Positions 14,595-27,004 of a DNA stretch of 64,000 nucleotides are shown here, one piece after another. Source of the stretch: Anaeramoeba ignava BMAN (taxonomy: Eukaryota; Protista; Anaeramoebae); the NCBI GenBank assembly GCA_028826165.1, contig JAPDFW010000006.1:1-64000 (forward strand), written 5' to 3'. Below the pieces are notes generated by a model, which saw only the letters and a program-made list of their open reading frames with translations, made no database searches and was not told where the DNA came from. The translations under genes were made by a program, and so were the position numbers. The first letter of the stretch is position 1. Every line of letters begins with the position of its first letter.

Positions 14595-14828
14595 TAAAAA
14601 ATAAATCAAATAAAGAAATAAAGAAATAAAGAAATAAAGAAATAAATTTTATTATCTTTACTTGTTTTCAAGTTATTTTTATTTAGGAAAAATTAAGATT
14701 CTTCAAAATTAATTTCTTGAAAACAAAAAAAAAAGAGAAAAAAAAAAGAAAAAAAAAAAGAAAAAAAAAAGAGGAATTAGGGATTTCTTTTTTTTTTTTT
14801 GCTTATTAAAAAACTTTTTTTTGCTTTT

Positions 14829-17800
14829 TCATTTCTTTGATTGTTCTTGTTGAATATATTGTACAATTAACTTTAGTTGACCCATTTTCAAAGTTTTCGC
14901 CAAACGATTTCGAATAAAATTATCACCTAAAACTTTATAGATATCAATAAAAGTGAAAACAACAGCTTTTCTAACCAACGGACTTGAATGGTCCAAATAA
15001 TCCTTTAAAGTGGAATAAACATCATTCAATTTTTCCTCAAGTTGTTCTTTAGAAATCAAAGTGCTTAATTTGCCAAAAAAAGTGATGCTTGATAATAAAA
15101 CATGGTTATCATTACTTGATAAATAAGGTTTGATAACAAATGCGATTTGTGAAGGTTCGAAAGCAGGAAACATTGATAAAATAATTCTGTTATTTTCTGC
15201 GAAGTTCTCTTCATCCAAACCTTTGCAAGCCCTGAAAAACTCTCGAAGAAGATCTCCAGTGCATAATTGGAAATATGTTAATTGATTTTTTGCTAATTTT
15301 GTTATTACTGTTAGAATTTCTTGTTGGAAATTTTGATCTGATTTTGATGCTAAGAAGGAATTCATCAAATGGAATAAAATTGTTGTAAAACTTCGACTCC
15401 AAACCTCCTCAGTATTTGATTCTGAATATTGAATGATTTGATCAAGAGATTCTTTGTGTTGATCAGGATTTGATAATGCAAGTATAATTTTTTGCACTTT
15501 CAAATCAATTTCACGAAATTCGTTTTCTTTTTCTTTTTCTTTTTCTTTTTCATTTTCATTTATATTTTCATTTTCATTTTCATTATCATTTTCATTATCA
15601 TTTTCATTTTCATTTTCATTATCATTTATATTTTCAATTATTTCAACTGATTTTGGTTTTGATTTTAGTTTTGGTTTTGATTTTGATATTGATTTTGATT
15701 TTGATTTCAATTTTTGCTTTAATTTTACTTGAGAATTTGATTTTGTTTTGAGTTTTGATTTTTCCAATTTAATTTCCTCAATCAAAGGCAAAAACAATTT
15801 CTGAGTTTGATTATTTTGAGATTTAATTTGTTTCATTAAATCAGGTTCGTTTTTTTCAAGAATTATTTGGAGGAGTTTTTTGCATTTTGGTTTTGCTTTA
15901 GTTGATTTTGTCTTGAGAAGGGACTTGATCATGAGGATGACATCCTTTGTTGTATTTTGCTCTTCGAAGCAGTTATCTGAGTTAGAACGAAGACTAAGAA
16001 TCATTTCCTGGACAACATTTGGCTTATAATTTGAGGGTATTTTTTCGTATGCTTTTGTTAGCGCGGGAATTAAAACCGAGTTTGAAAAGCAAGAACGGAT
16101 CATGTCCATATTTTCTGTTATTTTTTCCTTCTCAGTTTCCTTTGTGGTGTTTAACGGAATCAATATGACCAGAATGGAGACCAAATATTGATCAAAATTA
16201 AGTGTATAATTGTCGATCAATTCCTTGAGAACTTGGAGCGACAGAACCTTTAATTTTGAGTTAGAATCTGCAAACATTCTTGAAATAGCAGTGATGACAT
16301 TTTTGAATATTTTTTTGTTTGTGAGCTCGGGACGATCGTCTTGCTTGGAAATCTCAAGCAGTTGATGCAAAGCATTGCTTTTTGTTGGCCAATCCCGAGA
16401 GTTCAATTGCGTTATCAGCACCTTCATGTCCTTTTCTGGCTTGGTATTTACGGTTTTTCCAGAAGAACTGTCGCTTTTCAGTGATTTTTGGATTGTCGGT
16501 TTTAGGATCTTTGATTTCTGCTTTGGATTCTCTTTCTTTTTTTCAGTCAATTTTCCCAAATTTGTTTTTGTTAATAAATTTTTAGTCGAAACCTTCTTTT
16601 GGATTTTGACAGTTTTTTTAGGGGAACTTGGACGCAAAGTAGTTGTTGGCGCATTCAATGGTTTTGTATTGAAGGCGCCGAGTTTTGTTTTGTTTTGCAG
16701 ACGGAGAACAGACTGTTTGTTGACCAAACTTCGACTTCTTTTTGGATCAGGTTTTTTTTTTTGGGTCGAAGATTTTTGAAGCGGTTCAATCAAAGTGAAA
16801 AACTTGTTTCTTGGGTTATTTTCAGGGTGTTTTTGAGCAAGGATTGTGGAACGTAAGTTCTGCTTTAATTTGAGGAAGATTTCCTTGGATCGCTGTGGAA
16901 AATGCTTGGAGAATTCCCAAAAGCATCTTCTCCCCAAAACACTAATTTTTTCCGAATTACTTGAAACCAAGATAATAATTGAGTCTTCAATTTCTTGCAC
17001 TTTTGGCGAGAGATCCTCTTTTGAATAGTTTTTGATGATCACTCTGTTGTATTCTGCGCAGAATTCCTTCAACGGCCCGTCTTCTTCTTTCGATATAATT
17101 TCCTGTAAAATTGACGTGATTTCAATTGATATTGTTTTATTCACTACTTGTTTAATTGCGCTATCTGCGCATTCAGAAATCACTGGGTTTGTTGATAAAA
17201 GAATTTCAAGCAAGACAAAGAAAATCTCATCCTCAACAATCGGCGCAAAGTCTTCCTCAAGCTTGCGCGCGAAATGCGATATTAAAAAACATGTGTGCTT
17301 CACAATTCCCTTCAATTCTTCCTTTAATAAGTTGCAAAATATACTTTTGAATTTTCCTAATGTTTCTATTAATGTTTCGCTAAAATCCGTAATTGTATTT
17401 CCGTTTAAAATTTTGTGGAATTGAAGGATATTATGTTTTCTTGTTTCCCAATCGTTTGATTGCAAGTTTTGATAAAATTCATCTAGTTTTTTTTGCAAGT
17501 TTTCTTTATTTTCAAACTAATTTTTATTTTTTAAAAAAAAAAATTTTATAAAAAAAAAAAATTTAATTAAAAAAAAATAAACAAGAATAAATTAAAGAAA
17601 ATAAATAAAGAAAATATTATAAATTATATTATTTTTAGTTTTGGTTTTACATTCATAGGATCATATTTTTCTCCAACTTGATTCCAATCAACATCAACTA
17701 GTTTTTTTTTCTTTTGAACTGATTTTGTTTTTTTCACAACTAAAATTTTAATTAATAAAATAAAATTTAAATTAATAAAATAAAATTTTAATTAATAAAA

Positions 17801-17870
17801 TAAAATTTAAATTAATAAAATAAAAAATTAGAATAGAATAAGAAAATAAACCTCGAATATGTTTGCTCAT
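14829..17870 (-). CDS. CLASP: CLASP/Stu1 family TOG/HEAT microtubule-associated protein; 3 exons
   Basis: Exons 17870-17852, 17739-17651 and 17516-14829. DWETR..., GRRCFWEFSKHFPQRS (CLASP_N), a basic S/T linker, a second TOG (DWPTK), and C-terminal VRKAVVF...QLKLIVQYI typical of the CLASP C-terminus. Confidence 0.85.
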
Positions 17871-18323
17871 TTAACAAATAAAATTAAAGAAAATAAATTT
17901 AATTGAAAAAATAGAAAGAAATTAAAAGTAAATTTAAATTTAAAGAAAAAGAAAAAAATGAAATTTAAATTTAAAAAAATTTTTATTTTCTTTTTTTTTT
18001 CTTTTTTAAAAAATCTGTCAAAAACAAAAACAACAAAAACAACAACAAAAACAACAAAATAAGTTTTTTAATTTATTATTAAATCTATTATTAAATTTAT
18101 TATTTAAATTATTATTAAATTTATTATTAAATTTATTATTAAACTTATTATTAAAATTATTATTAAACTTATTATTAAAATTATTTTGGAATTTATTATT
18201 TAAATTATTATTAAAATTATTATTAAATCTATTATTAAAATTATTTTGGAATTTATTATTAAATTTATTATTAAATTATTATTTAAATTATTATTAAATT
18301 TATTATTAAATTTATTTTGGAAT

Positions 18324-19278
18324 TTATTTTTTAATTGGACGAAGTTTAATTTTAAGGAAATTTTGATTTTCATTAACTAAATATTCTTGTTTTTTATCAG
18401 GATTTAATTTATTATAAAAATCAATAATAAATTTTTCTTGACTTTCTGTTTCAATACTTCCATTTCTTTTTTCTCTAACTAATTCAATTGCTTCTTTTCC
18501 TCCAAATCCAAGTTTTGCAATAAGATAACAAGCTAAAGCTGTTCCTGTTCTTCCTTTTCCTCCAAAACAATGAACAACAACAGCTTCATTTTTTTGGATT
18601 ACTTCATCCATTTGATCTGTAAGTTCAATCATTTGTTTAATAGAAATTGTAGATCTATCTGCCCAATTAATTAATATTGATTGAAGATTTGTTTTTTCAA
18701 ACATATCAAGTGGAGGACACATATATTCTATTTATTATTTTAAAATTAAAATTAAAATTAGAGTCAAAATTAAAATCAAAATTAAAATTAAAATTAAAAT
18801 CAAAATTTAAAATCAAAATTAAAATTAAAATTAAAATTAAAATTAAAATTAAAATTAAAATTAAAATTAAAATTAAAATTAAAATTAAAATTAAAATTAA
18901 AATTAAAATTAAAATTAAAATTAAAATTAAAATTAAAATTGGAATTAAAATTAAATTTAGAATTAAAATTAAAATTAAAATTAAAATTAAAATTAAAATC
19001 AAAATTAAAATTAATATTAAAATTAAAATTAAAATTAATTTACCTTCAATACAAGAAACAACTAAACCAACTCCATATTTATCTTTTAAAGTAATAAATT
19101 GTTCTAGAAAACAAGGAAAACCCATTCCAGCTAATTTATTTTCAACAACCCAAGAAAAGAAAAAAGGTTCTGGTTGTGGTTGTTTATTTCTTAAAAAAGC
19201 AATTTTATTTGATTTTGCAATTTCATAAAGACTTCCTCTTTTACTTTCTTCTTTTTGAGATTTTGATTTAATTTCCAT
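18324..19278 (-). CDS. Dual-specificity/Cys-based protein phosphatase, DUSP23/CDC14-like; 2 exons
   Basis: Exons 19278-19044 and 18727-18324. FSWVVENKLAGMGFP, catalytic HCFGGKGRTG, AIELVREKRNGSIETESQ. The intron is (AATTTT)n on the sense strand. Confidence 0.88.
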
Positions 19279-19362
19279 TTTTTTAAAAAAAAAAGAAAAA
19301 AAAATGATTTTTTTCAATTTTTGATTTTCATTTTTTTTTAAATTAAAAAATTAAAAATTAAA

Positions 19363-20112
19363 ATGAATTTCCAAAATTATCTTAATCTATGCGATTTTAA
19401 ACAGAAAATTCCTGATGATATAAAATTAAATAATATAATTTCTGAAATAAAAAAACAACCAACAAAAATTTTAAATTCTGAAGAAATTAATCAACTTTAT
19501 TATTATGAAATACCTGAACAAACAAATGATGGAGTGTGTTCGAGATCAGGAAAACTAGCAAAAGAGAAATTCAATTTAGCAAAAGTTATTTTTGATAAAA
19601 ATATCGAAGCTAATGATCAAGAAAGCACACTAGCCAATAATCCAAATACACAAAGATTATGGAAATTAAATCAATCATTAAAATCACTTAAAGAAATAAT
19701 TGGAAATGGAGCTGATTGGGCAGGTATTTATCGAATAATCAAAAGCGATTCAGATGATCCTTTTCTGATCAAAGAAGCTTATTATGGAGAACCAAGTCGT
19801 CCAATTTTCCCACTTGATCAAGACTTCCAAAAAAGAAGTAATAATTCTTATGTTGCAACTCATGGAAAATGTAGAATTTTGAATGATATTGATTCAATTA
19901 TTGAGAATCAAGATTCAGATGCTATTTATTATATGTGTTCTGCAAAAGTTAAAAGTGAACTTTGTTCCCCTATTTTTTTTAATCATCAAATTGTTGGAAT
20001 TATTGATGTTGAATCTTGGCAAAAAAATTATTTTAATCTTGAAAGAATTTTGCAAGTTATGAAATTTTGTTTTGATTTAGGTGAAGAAAATATTTTTTTG
20101 AAACAAAATTAA
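19363..20112 (+). CDS. GAF-domain protein related to free methionine-R-sulfoxide reductase (MsrC/YebR superfamily), bacterial type, intronless
   Basis: DWAGIYR, AYYGEPSRPIFPL, SNNSYVA, YYMCSAKVKSELCSPI, IVGIIDVES...F. Confidence 0.8.
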   Translation: MNFQNYLNLCDFKQKIPDDIKLNNIISEIKKQPTKILNSEEINQLYYYEIPEQTNDGVCSRSGKLAKEKFNLAKVIFDKNIEANDQESTLANNPNTQRLWKLNQSLKSLKEIIGNGADWAGIYRIIKSDSDDPFLIKEAYYGEPSRPIFPLDQDFQKRSNNSYVATHGKCRILNDIDSIIENQDSDAIYYMCSAKVKSELCSPIFFNHQIVGIIDVESWQKNYFNLERILQVMKFCFDLGEENIFLKQN

Positions 20113-20430
20113 AATTAAAATCAAAATTAAAATCAAAATTAAAATTAAAATTAAAATTAAAATCAAAATAAAAATCAAAATTAAAATTAAAATTAAAATT
20201 AAAATAAAAATAAAAATTAAAATTAAAATCAAAATTAAAATTAAAATTAAAATTAAAATAAAAATCAAAATTAAAATTAAAATTAAAATAAAAATCAAAA
20301 TCAAATTTTTTTTGTGTGTGAATTTTTGAATTGAAAAATAAAATTGAAAATATTTGAATTAAAAAAGAAAAATAAAATTGAAAATATTTGAATTGAAAAA
20401 TAAAATTGAAAAGAAGTCCATTTCTCTTTT

Positions 20431-23400
20431 TTAATATTTTGAAGTTCTTGGATCTGTGTAAGTAAAGGCTCCTGTCATTTTGTTTTGGAAACAAACTCTT
20501 CCTGTTTGATCTTTTATTTGAACCCAACCTTGAGGAAGACTTGATTGGTTTGTATTACCAGTAAATGAAAAATTAGCTTGGAATTGTTGTTGATTATTTC
20601 CATATCCAAATTGTTGATTATATCCAAATTGTTGATTTCCAAATTGGTTTTGTTGTTGATCTTTTTGTTTTGGTTGATTTGGTTGTTGTTGTTGATTATA
20701 TCCATATGCAAATTGTTGATTATATCCAAATTGATTTTGTTGTTGATTTTGTTGTTGATTTTGTTGTTGATCTTTTTGTTTTGGTTGTTGTTGTTGATTT
20801 GGTTGTGGTTGATTATATCCATATGCAAATTGTTGATTATATCCAAATTGATTTTGCTGTTGATTTTGTTGTTGATCTTGTTGTTGATCTTTTTGTTTTG
20901 GTTGTTGTTGTTGATTTGGTTGTTGTTGATTAAATCCATATGCAAATTGTTGATTATATCCAAATTGGTTTTGTTGTTGATTTTGTTGTTGATTTTGTTG
21001 TTGATCTTTTTGTTTTGGTTGATTTGGTTGTTGTTGATTTGGTTGTTGTTGATTATATCCATATGCAAATTGTTGATTATATCCAAATTGGTTTTGTTGT
21101 TGATTTGCTTGATTTGCTTGATTTGGTTGTTGAAATTGATTAAATCCATATCCATATTGTTGATTAAATTCATTTTGGTTTTGTTGGTTGGTATCTTTTT
21201 CTTTTTTTGATTTTTGTTCTTGATTTTGTTCTTGATTTTGTTCTTGATTTTCATCTTGATTTTGTTCTTGATTTTCATCTTGATTTTCATCTTCATCATC
21301 TTGTTGCCACATTTGGAATTGTCTTTCAAGTTCATCTTGATCCATTTCATCATTTTCAACAATTTCTTGATTTTCTTGTTGATTTTCTTGTTGATTTTCT
21401 TGTTGATTTTCTTGTTGTTGTTCTTGTTGATTTTCTTGTTGATTTTCTTGTTGTTGAGCTTCATTTTGAATTTGTTGAGCTTCATTTTGAATTTGTTGAG
21501 CTTCATTTTGAATTTGTTGAGCTTCATTTTGAATTTGTTGATTTTCATCTTCAATTTGTTCTTGATTTTCATCTTCATCATCTTGTTGCCACATTTGGAA
21601 TTGTCTTTCAAGTTCATCTTGATCCATTTCATCATTTTCAACAACTTCTTGATTTTCTTGTTGTTGTTCTTGTTGTTCTTCTTGTTGATTTTCTTGTTGA
21701 TTTTCTTGTTGTTCTTGATTTTCTTGTTGTTGTTCTTGTTGTTCTTGTTGATTTTCTTGTTGATTTTCTTGATTTTCTTGATTTTCTTGTTGTTGTTCTT
21801 GTTGTTCTTGATTTTCTTGTTGATTTTCTTGTTGTTCTTGATTTTGTTCTTGATTTTCATCTTGATTTTGTTCTTGATTTTGAATTTCTTGATTTTCATC
21901 TTGATTTTCATCTTCATCATCTTGTTGCCACATTTGGAATTGTCTTTCAAGTTCATCTTGATCCATTTCATCATTTTCAACAACTTCTTGATTTTCTTGT
22001 TGATTTTCTTGTTGTTCTTGATTTTCTTGTTGATTTTCTTGTTGATTTTCTTGATTTTCTTGTTGATTTTCTTGTTGATTTTCTTGTTGATTTTCTTGTT
22101 GTTCTGAATTTTCTGTTAATCCCATTTGTTGAAATTGATTAATAACTTGTTGTTGGCCAGTCATTGACTGTTGAACACCTTGCTGTTGACCATAAAGATT
22201 TGGTAAATTATTCATTGGTTGAATTCCAAGTGAATTTGACTCCATTTGATTTATCGTATTTGGATCTTGAATATTTTGATTCATCATATTTGGATCTTGA
22301 ATATTTTGATTTATCATATTTGGATCTTGAATATTTTGATTTATCATATTTGGATCTTGAATATTTTGATTTATCATATTTGGATCTTGAATATTTTGAT
22401 TTATCATATTTGGATCTTGAATATTTTGATTTATCATATTTGGATCTTGAATATTTTGATTTATCATATTTGGATCTTGAATATTGGGTAATTCATTGAT
22501 CCCACTTTGTATTCCTATATTAGTTGGCGTAGTCTTTTCTATTTGGAAAGCAAACCCTTTTTTAACTTATTTTGGTGGACCTCCTTTACCTTTTTCTGGA
22601 TAACTATTCCAAATAGAAAATAAATAAAAAATCGAAATGAATATAAAAAAATAGATTTCATTTACAAAATAGAAATTTATACTCTTTTGGAGTATATCCG
22701 GATTGCAAACGAACTGATCCTCCAGTAATTCCTTTTTCTGTGTTTTTGCCTCCAATCATTTGTGCAAATTGTGGGATATTAAGAACATTTATTTTTCCTT
22801 TAATATTACCAGTCACTTTTCCCGAATTGTAAATTTCTGTATCTAAATCGATTTGGAGTTGTTCTGTTATTTCATTAAGTTTGATTTTAATCTGGAATTT
22901 TTTTAAAAAAATTCATTTTCAATAATAAAATTAAGTTCTTTTTTTTTTCCAGTTTAATTTAAATAATAAATTTACTTCACAATCTCCAATAATTTCTGGT
23001 GATTCTCTATTCTCATGATAAAGTGTTATAATTAATTTCCCATCAAGAATATCTTGGAGTGTTGCTGGGAAAAAGAGTTTAGATGTATCTTTCCAATTTG
23101 CTTCTGTAACTCCACGAATTGTTTCTGTTTTTTTTTTCAGATCCGATCTTAATTTAAATTTAATTATAATTTTTGATTTTAAATTTGAATAATAATTTTG
23201 ATTTTAAATTTTTTACTTGGTTGAAAAATAATATTCTAAATAAATATCAGAAGTTCCATTTTGAAATTTTCCAACAACATTAGAAACTGAAATATCTTCA
23301 AAAAATATACTAACTTCTGATTGTTGAATCATTTCTGCATTAAATTGAATTCTACCAGCTGGTTTTCCTCTTAAACGAAGTAAATAATCAATACTTACTG

Positions 23401-24962
23401 GACCAGTTGCAAGATCCCATAAATTTAAAGAAAATGAACCCATTGATTCAGCTTTTTTGATTTTATTCCAATCAAAACAATCAATTTTAAGAATTTTCGA
23501 AATCATTCTTTCTGCAGAATGTGTTTCATATGTAAAATCGGCATTGAATTTCCATTTTGGTTCAAGTGCTTAAATATAAATATAAATATAAATATTTAAA
23601 ATATAAATATAAATATAAATATAAATATTTAAAATAATATAAATATAAATATTTAAAATAATATAAATATAAATATTTAAAATATAAATATTTAAAATAT
23701 AAATATTTAAAATATAAATATTTAAAATATAAATATTTAAAATATAAATATTTAAAATATAAATATTTAAAATATAAATATTTAAAATAATATAAAAAAT
23801 ATAAATATTTAAAAAATAATATAAATATAAATATTTAAAATAATATAAATATAAATATTTAAAATAATATAAATATAAATATTTTAAAATAATATATAAA
23901 TATAAAATATTTAAAATAATATAAATATAAATATTTAAAAATAATATAAATATAAAATATAAATATAAAATATAAATATAAATATAAATATTTAAAAATA
24001 TAAATATAAATATAAATATAAATATAAATATAAATATAAATATTTTAAAATATAAATATAAATATAAAAATATAAAAAATATAAATATAAATATTTAATA
24101 TAAATATAAATATAAATATTTAAATATAAATATAAATATAAAATATTTTAAAATAATATAAATAGAAAATATAAAATATATAAATAAAACAAAAATAAAA
24201 ATAAAAATATAAAATATAAAAATATAAATATAAATATTTAATTATAAATTTCTAATTATAAAAATATAAATAAATACAAAATATAAAAAATAAAAAATAT
24301 AAAAAATATAAATATAAATATAAATATAAATATAAATATAAATATAAATATAAATATAAATTATAATTATAAATATAAATATAAATATTTAAATTATAAA
24401 TTTAAAATATAAATATAAATATAAATATAAATATTTAAAATAATATAAATATAAATATTTAAAATAATATAAATATAAATATTTAAAATAATATAAATAT
24501 AAATATTTAAAATAATATAAATATAAAATATAATTATAAATATTAATATAAATATAAATATAAATATAAATATAAATATTTAAAATAATATAAATATAAA
24601 TATTTAAAATATAAATATAAATATAAATATAAATATAAATAATATAAATATAAATATAAATATAAATATAAATATAAATATAAATATAAATATAAATATT
24701 TAAATATAAATTTAATTATAATTTTTTGGAAAATACTTTTTTTAATAACTTCTGTTTGAAATCTCTTAACAGAATCGAAAGAAATTTTTAAAAAAGGATC
24801 ACTTGTCCCACCACTTAAAAAAAAAATGATTAAAAAATAAAAACGAAAAATTTGCTTTTCTTTTGTTTTTTAATTAAATAAATAAAATTTAATATACCGG
24901 TCACAAGCATTTAAACCAGTTCCAACAAAATTAGTTAATTTAACTGTAAAAGAAGCAATCAT
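20431..24962 (-). CDS. C2-C2 domain protein with a long Q/N/E repeat region and C-terminal WW domain; about 6 exons
   Basis: Exons 24962-24898, 24813-24737, 23568-23217, 23147-22976, 22891-22683 and ~22603-20431 (frame break near 22500-22570). LNACDRGGTSDPFLKF...TLEPKW...IDCFDWNKI (C2), GTSDIYLEY (second C2), LPQGWVQIKDQTGRVCFQNKMTGAFTYTDPR (WW). Confidence 0.75.
22245..22485 (-). repeat. 30-nt coding tandem repeat (MINQNIQDPN, about 8 copies)
   Basis: Near-perfect copies of tggatcttgaatattttgatttatcatatt. Confidence 0.95.
23572..24720. repeat. (AAATAT)n-based satellite filling an intron of the C2-WW gene
   Basis: Tandem aaatat/aaatatttaaaat between the acceptor at 23569-23570 and the donor at 24735-24736. 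Confidence 0.9.
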
Positions 24963-27004
24963 AATTTGGGAATGAGAAAATGAAAAAAAAAAAATGAAAA
25001 AAAAAATTTAAATTAAAAAAAAGGAGAAAAAAAAAATTAAAATGGGGAAAAATTTGATTTAAATAAAATGTGGTAATTTGAATTAAAAAAGATTTAAATT
25101 AAATGTGGTAATTTGAATTATTAATTTAAATTGGATTTTAATTAAATTGAAATTTTAAAAAAATTTTCTTTTTGTTTATTTAATTAAGGAAAAATTTTTT
25201 TATTTTTATTTGCTTTATTTTTTTATTGGTTCGGTTTCCGGTTGATAACTCCCAATTTTAATAAGACATTATAATAAACCTCCCAGTCAAACTACTGCTC
25301 TTTTTTGTTTTTTGTTGATATGAAATGTCACATCTTTTTTTTCTTTTTTATTTTTTATTTTTTTCTTTTTATTTTTTAATTAAAATTATCTCAAAACAAT
25401 TCCAATCTGAAAATGAAAGATAAGTGAGAATAGGAATCAGAATCAAAAAAGAATTCAAAATGGAAGAAAAAAGGAAAAAAACCAAAATCACAAAAAGATC
25501 ACTTTTCAAGGGTTTTCACTTATGGAACATTTCAAATCAAAGGAGGGATTGATCACCATTTTGACAGATTTATATGAAAAAAATTTAGATCTTCATTTTA
25601 ATTAAGTCCCAAATCGAAGTACAGAAAATAAATAAAAATAACATGTTTTGAATTCAACAGAAAAACAAGGAATCAAGTTGAATGTGAAAAATTCAATTCT
25701 TAATGAACAAATTTTTCTCAACTATACTTTTCCCTTTAAATTTTTTTCTCCAAATTCCCAAATCCAGAAAACTCCATTTTGTTTCAATATTTCATTGTAA
25801 ATTATTAGTTGTTAAACGATTAATTAATTTCTCTCAATTCTGATCTCATTTTCCCAACATATTTTCACATAATCAACTAAATATGGAAAAGACTTTCAAA
25901 AATTACAATAAGGAGATTCTCAAATAGAAGCTAATCAAAATATTAGCTCTTTGTTTAATTTCTTCGCGAGAAATATTCTTCTTCTCTTTGTAAAATCAAA
26001 AATCAAGTGATTATACCCATTTCTCTACTTTCTGGTGATTTCAAATCTATTGCAATTTGGCCAAATGTAATCAATTCTTCACAGAATTCAGACAGAAAGA
26101 ACATCCAAATCAATCTAAATATATCATCAATATTCCCTTTTTCTTTTATATCATATCGATCTTTAATCAAATTCTTATAGTATTCTTAATTCTCTTGGTT
26201 ATTACTACTCGAAACAATTTCTTGTCCAAGATTCTGATCTTTCGTTTGCTTTTGATTTTTTCTTTGGTAAATTATTTAGAATCCAAATATAATCACAGTT
26301 TCAATTGGGAAAGATGGATCTTAAGCCAAATAATCCCTCTTACTTTTCTTTAGGTTTTATCCAAATTCAAAGCCACTGTATATTATCGATCTAATTGTTT
26401 AGATCAAAAAACAATCTTCCAATTCAGATTGGGAATTTTGAGATCTTATCTTTGGCACAAAAATTCCAAAAAAAAATTTTTGAAATGGAAAGAATTAGTA
26501 AATTTTTAGATCAAAATCATGATCCAGAAATCATTCCCTCTTTCTATATTTCCAAAAAAAGAAATTAAAAAAAAATAACTTAAAAAACAAAAAGAAAAAA
26601 AAGTCAAAAAAAAAGTAAAAAAAAAATTTAATTCCGGACTTCAATTTTTCCATTTTTCCTTTTTTTGGTTTGGCCTGAAATCGAAAATAGAAATAATTTT
26701 ATTTTTTAATTTTTTTTTATTAATTTTTTTTATTCATTTTGACGGCAAATACAACCGGAAACGGAACCATTTTATTTTTTCTTTTTTCTTTGATCATTTT
26801 CTTCTTTTTTTTTTTTCATTTTTTTTTTTTCATTTTTTTAAATTCAATTTCTTTTCTTGTTTCTTTTAATTGTTTTTCATTCTCTTCTTTTTTATTACAA
26901 TTCTTTATTTTTTTTTGTGTGTTTAATTTTCGCTTCTTTTTTTTTTTACGATCAAAAAACAAAAAAACAACAACAAACAAAAAAACAAAAGAAAAAAAAC
27001 AAAT

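Noticed and set aside
22245-22485. 30-nt repeats as a CRISPR array (also considered for 29058-29487)
   Set aside because: Head-to-tail tandem copies without unique spacers, no cas genes, and a eukaryotic context.
25278-25297. CCCAGTCAAACT, antisense to the LSU rRNA P-loop region (possible C/D snoRNA guide)
   Set aside because: No proper C box (RTGATGA) and no CTGA D box next to the match; too short to support.
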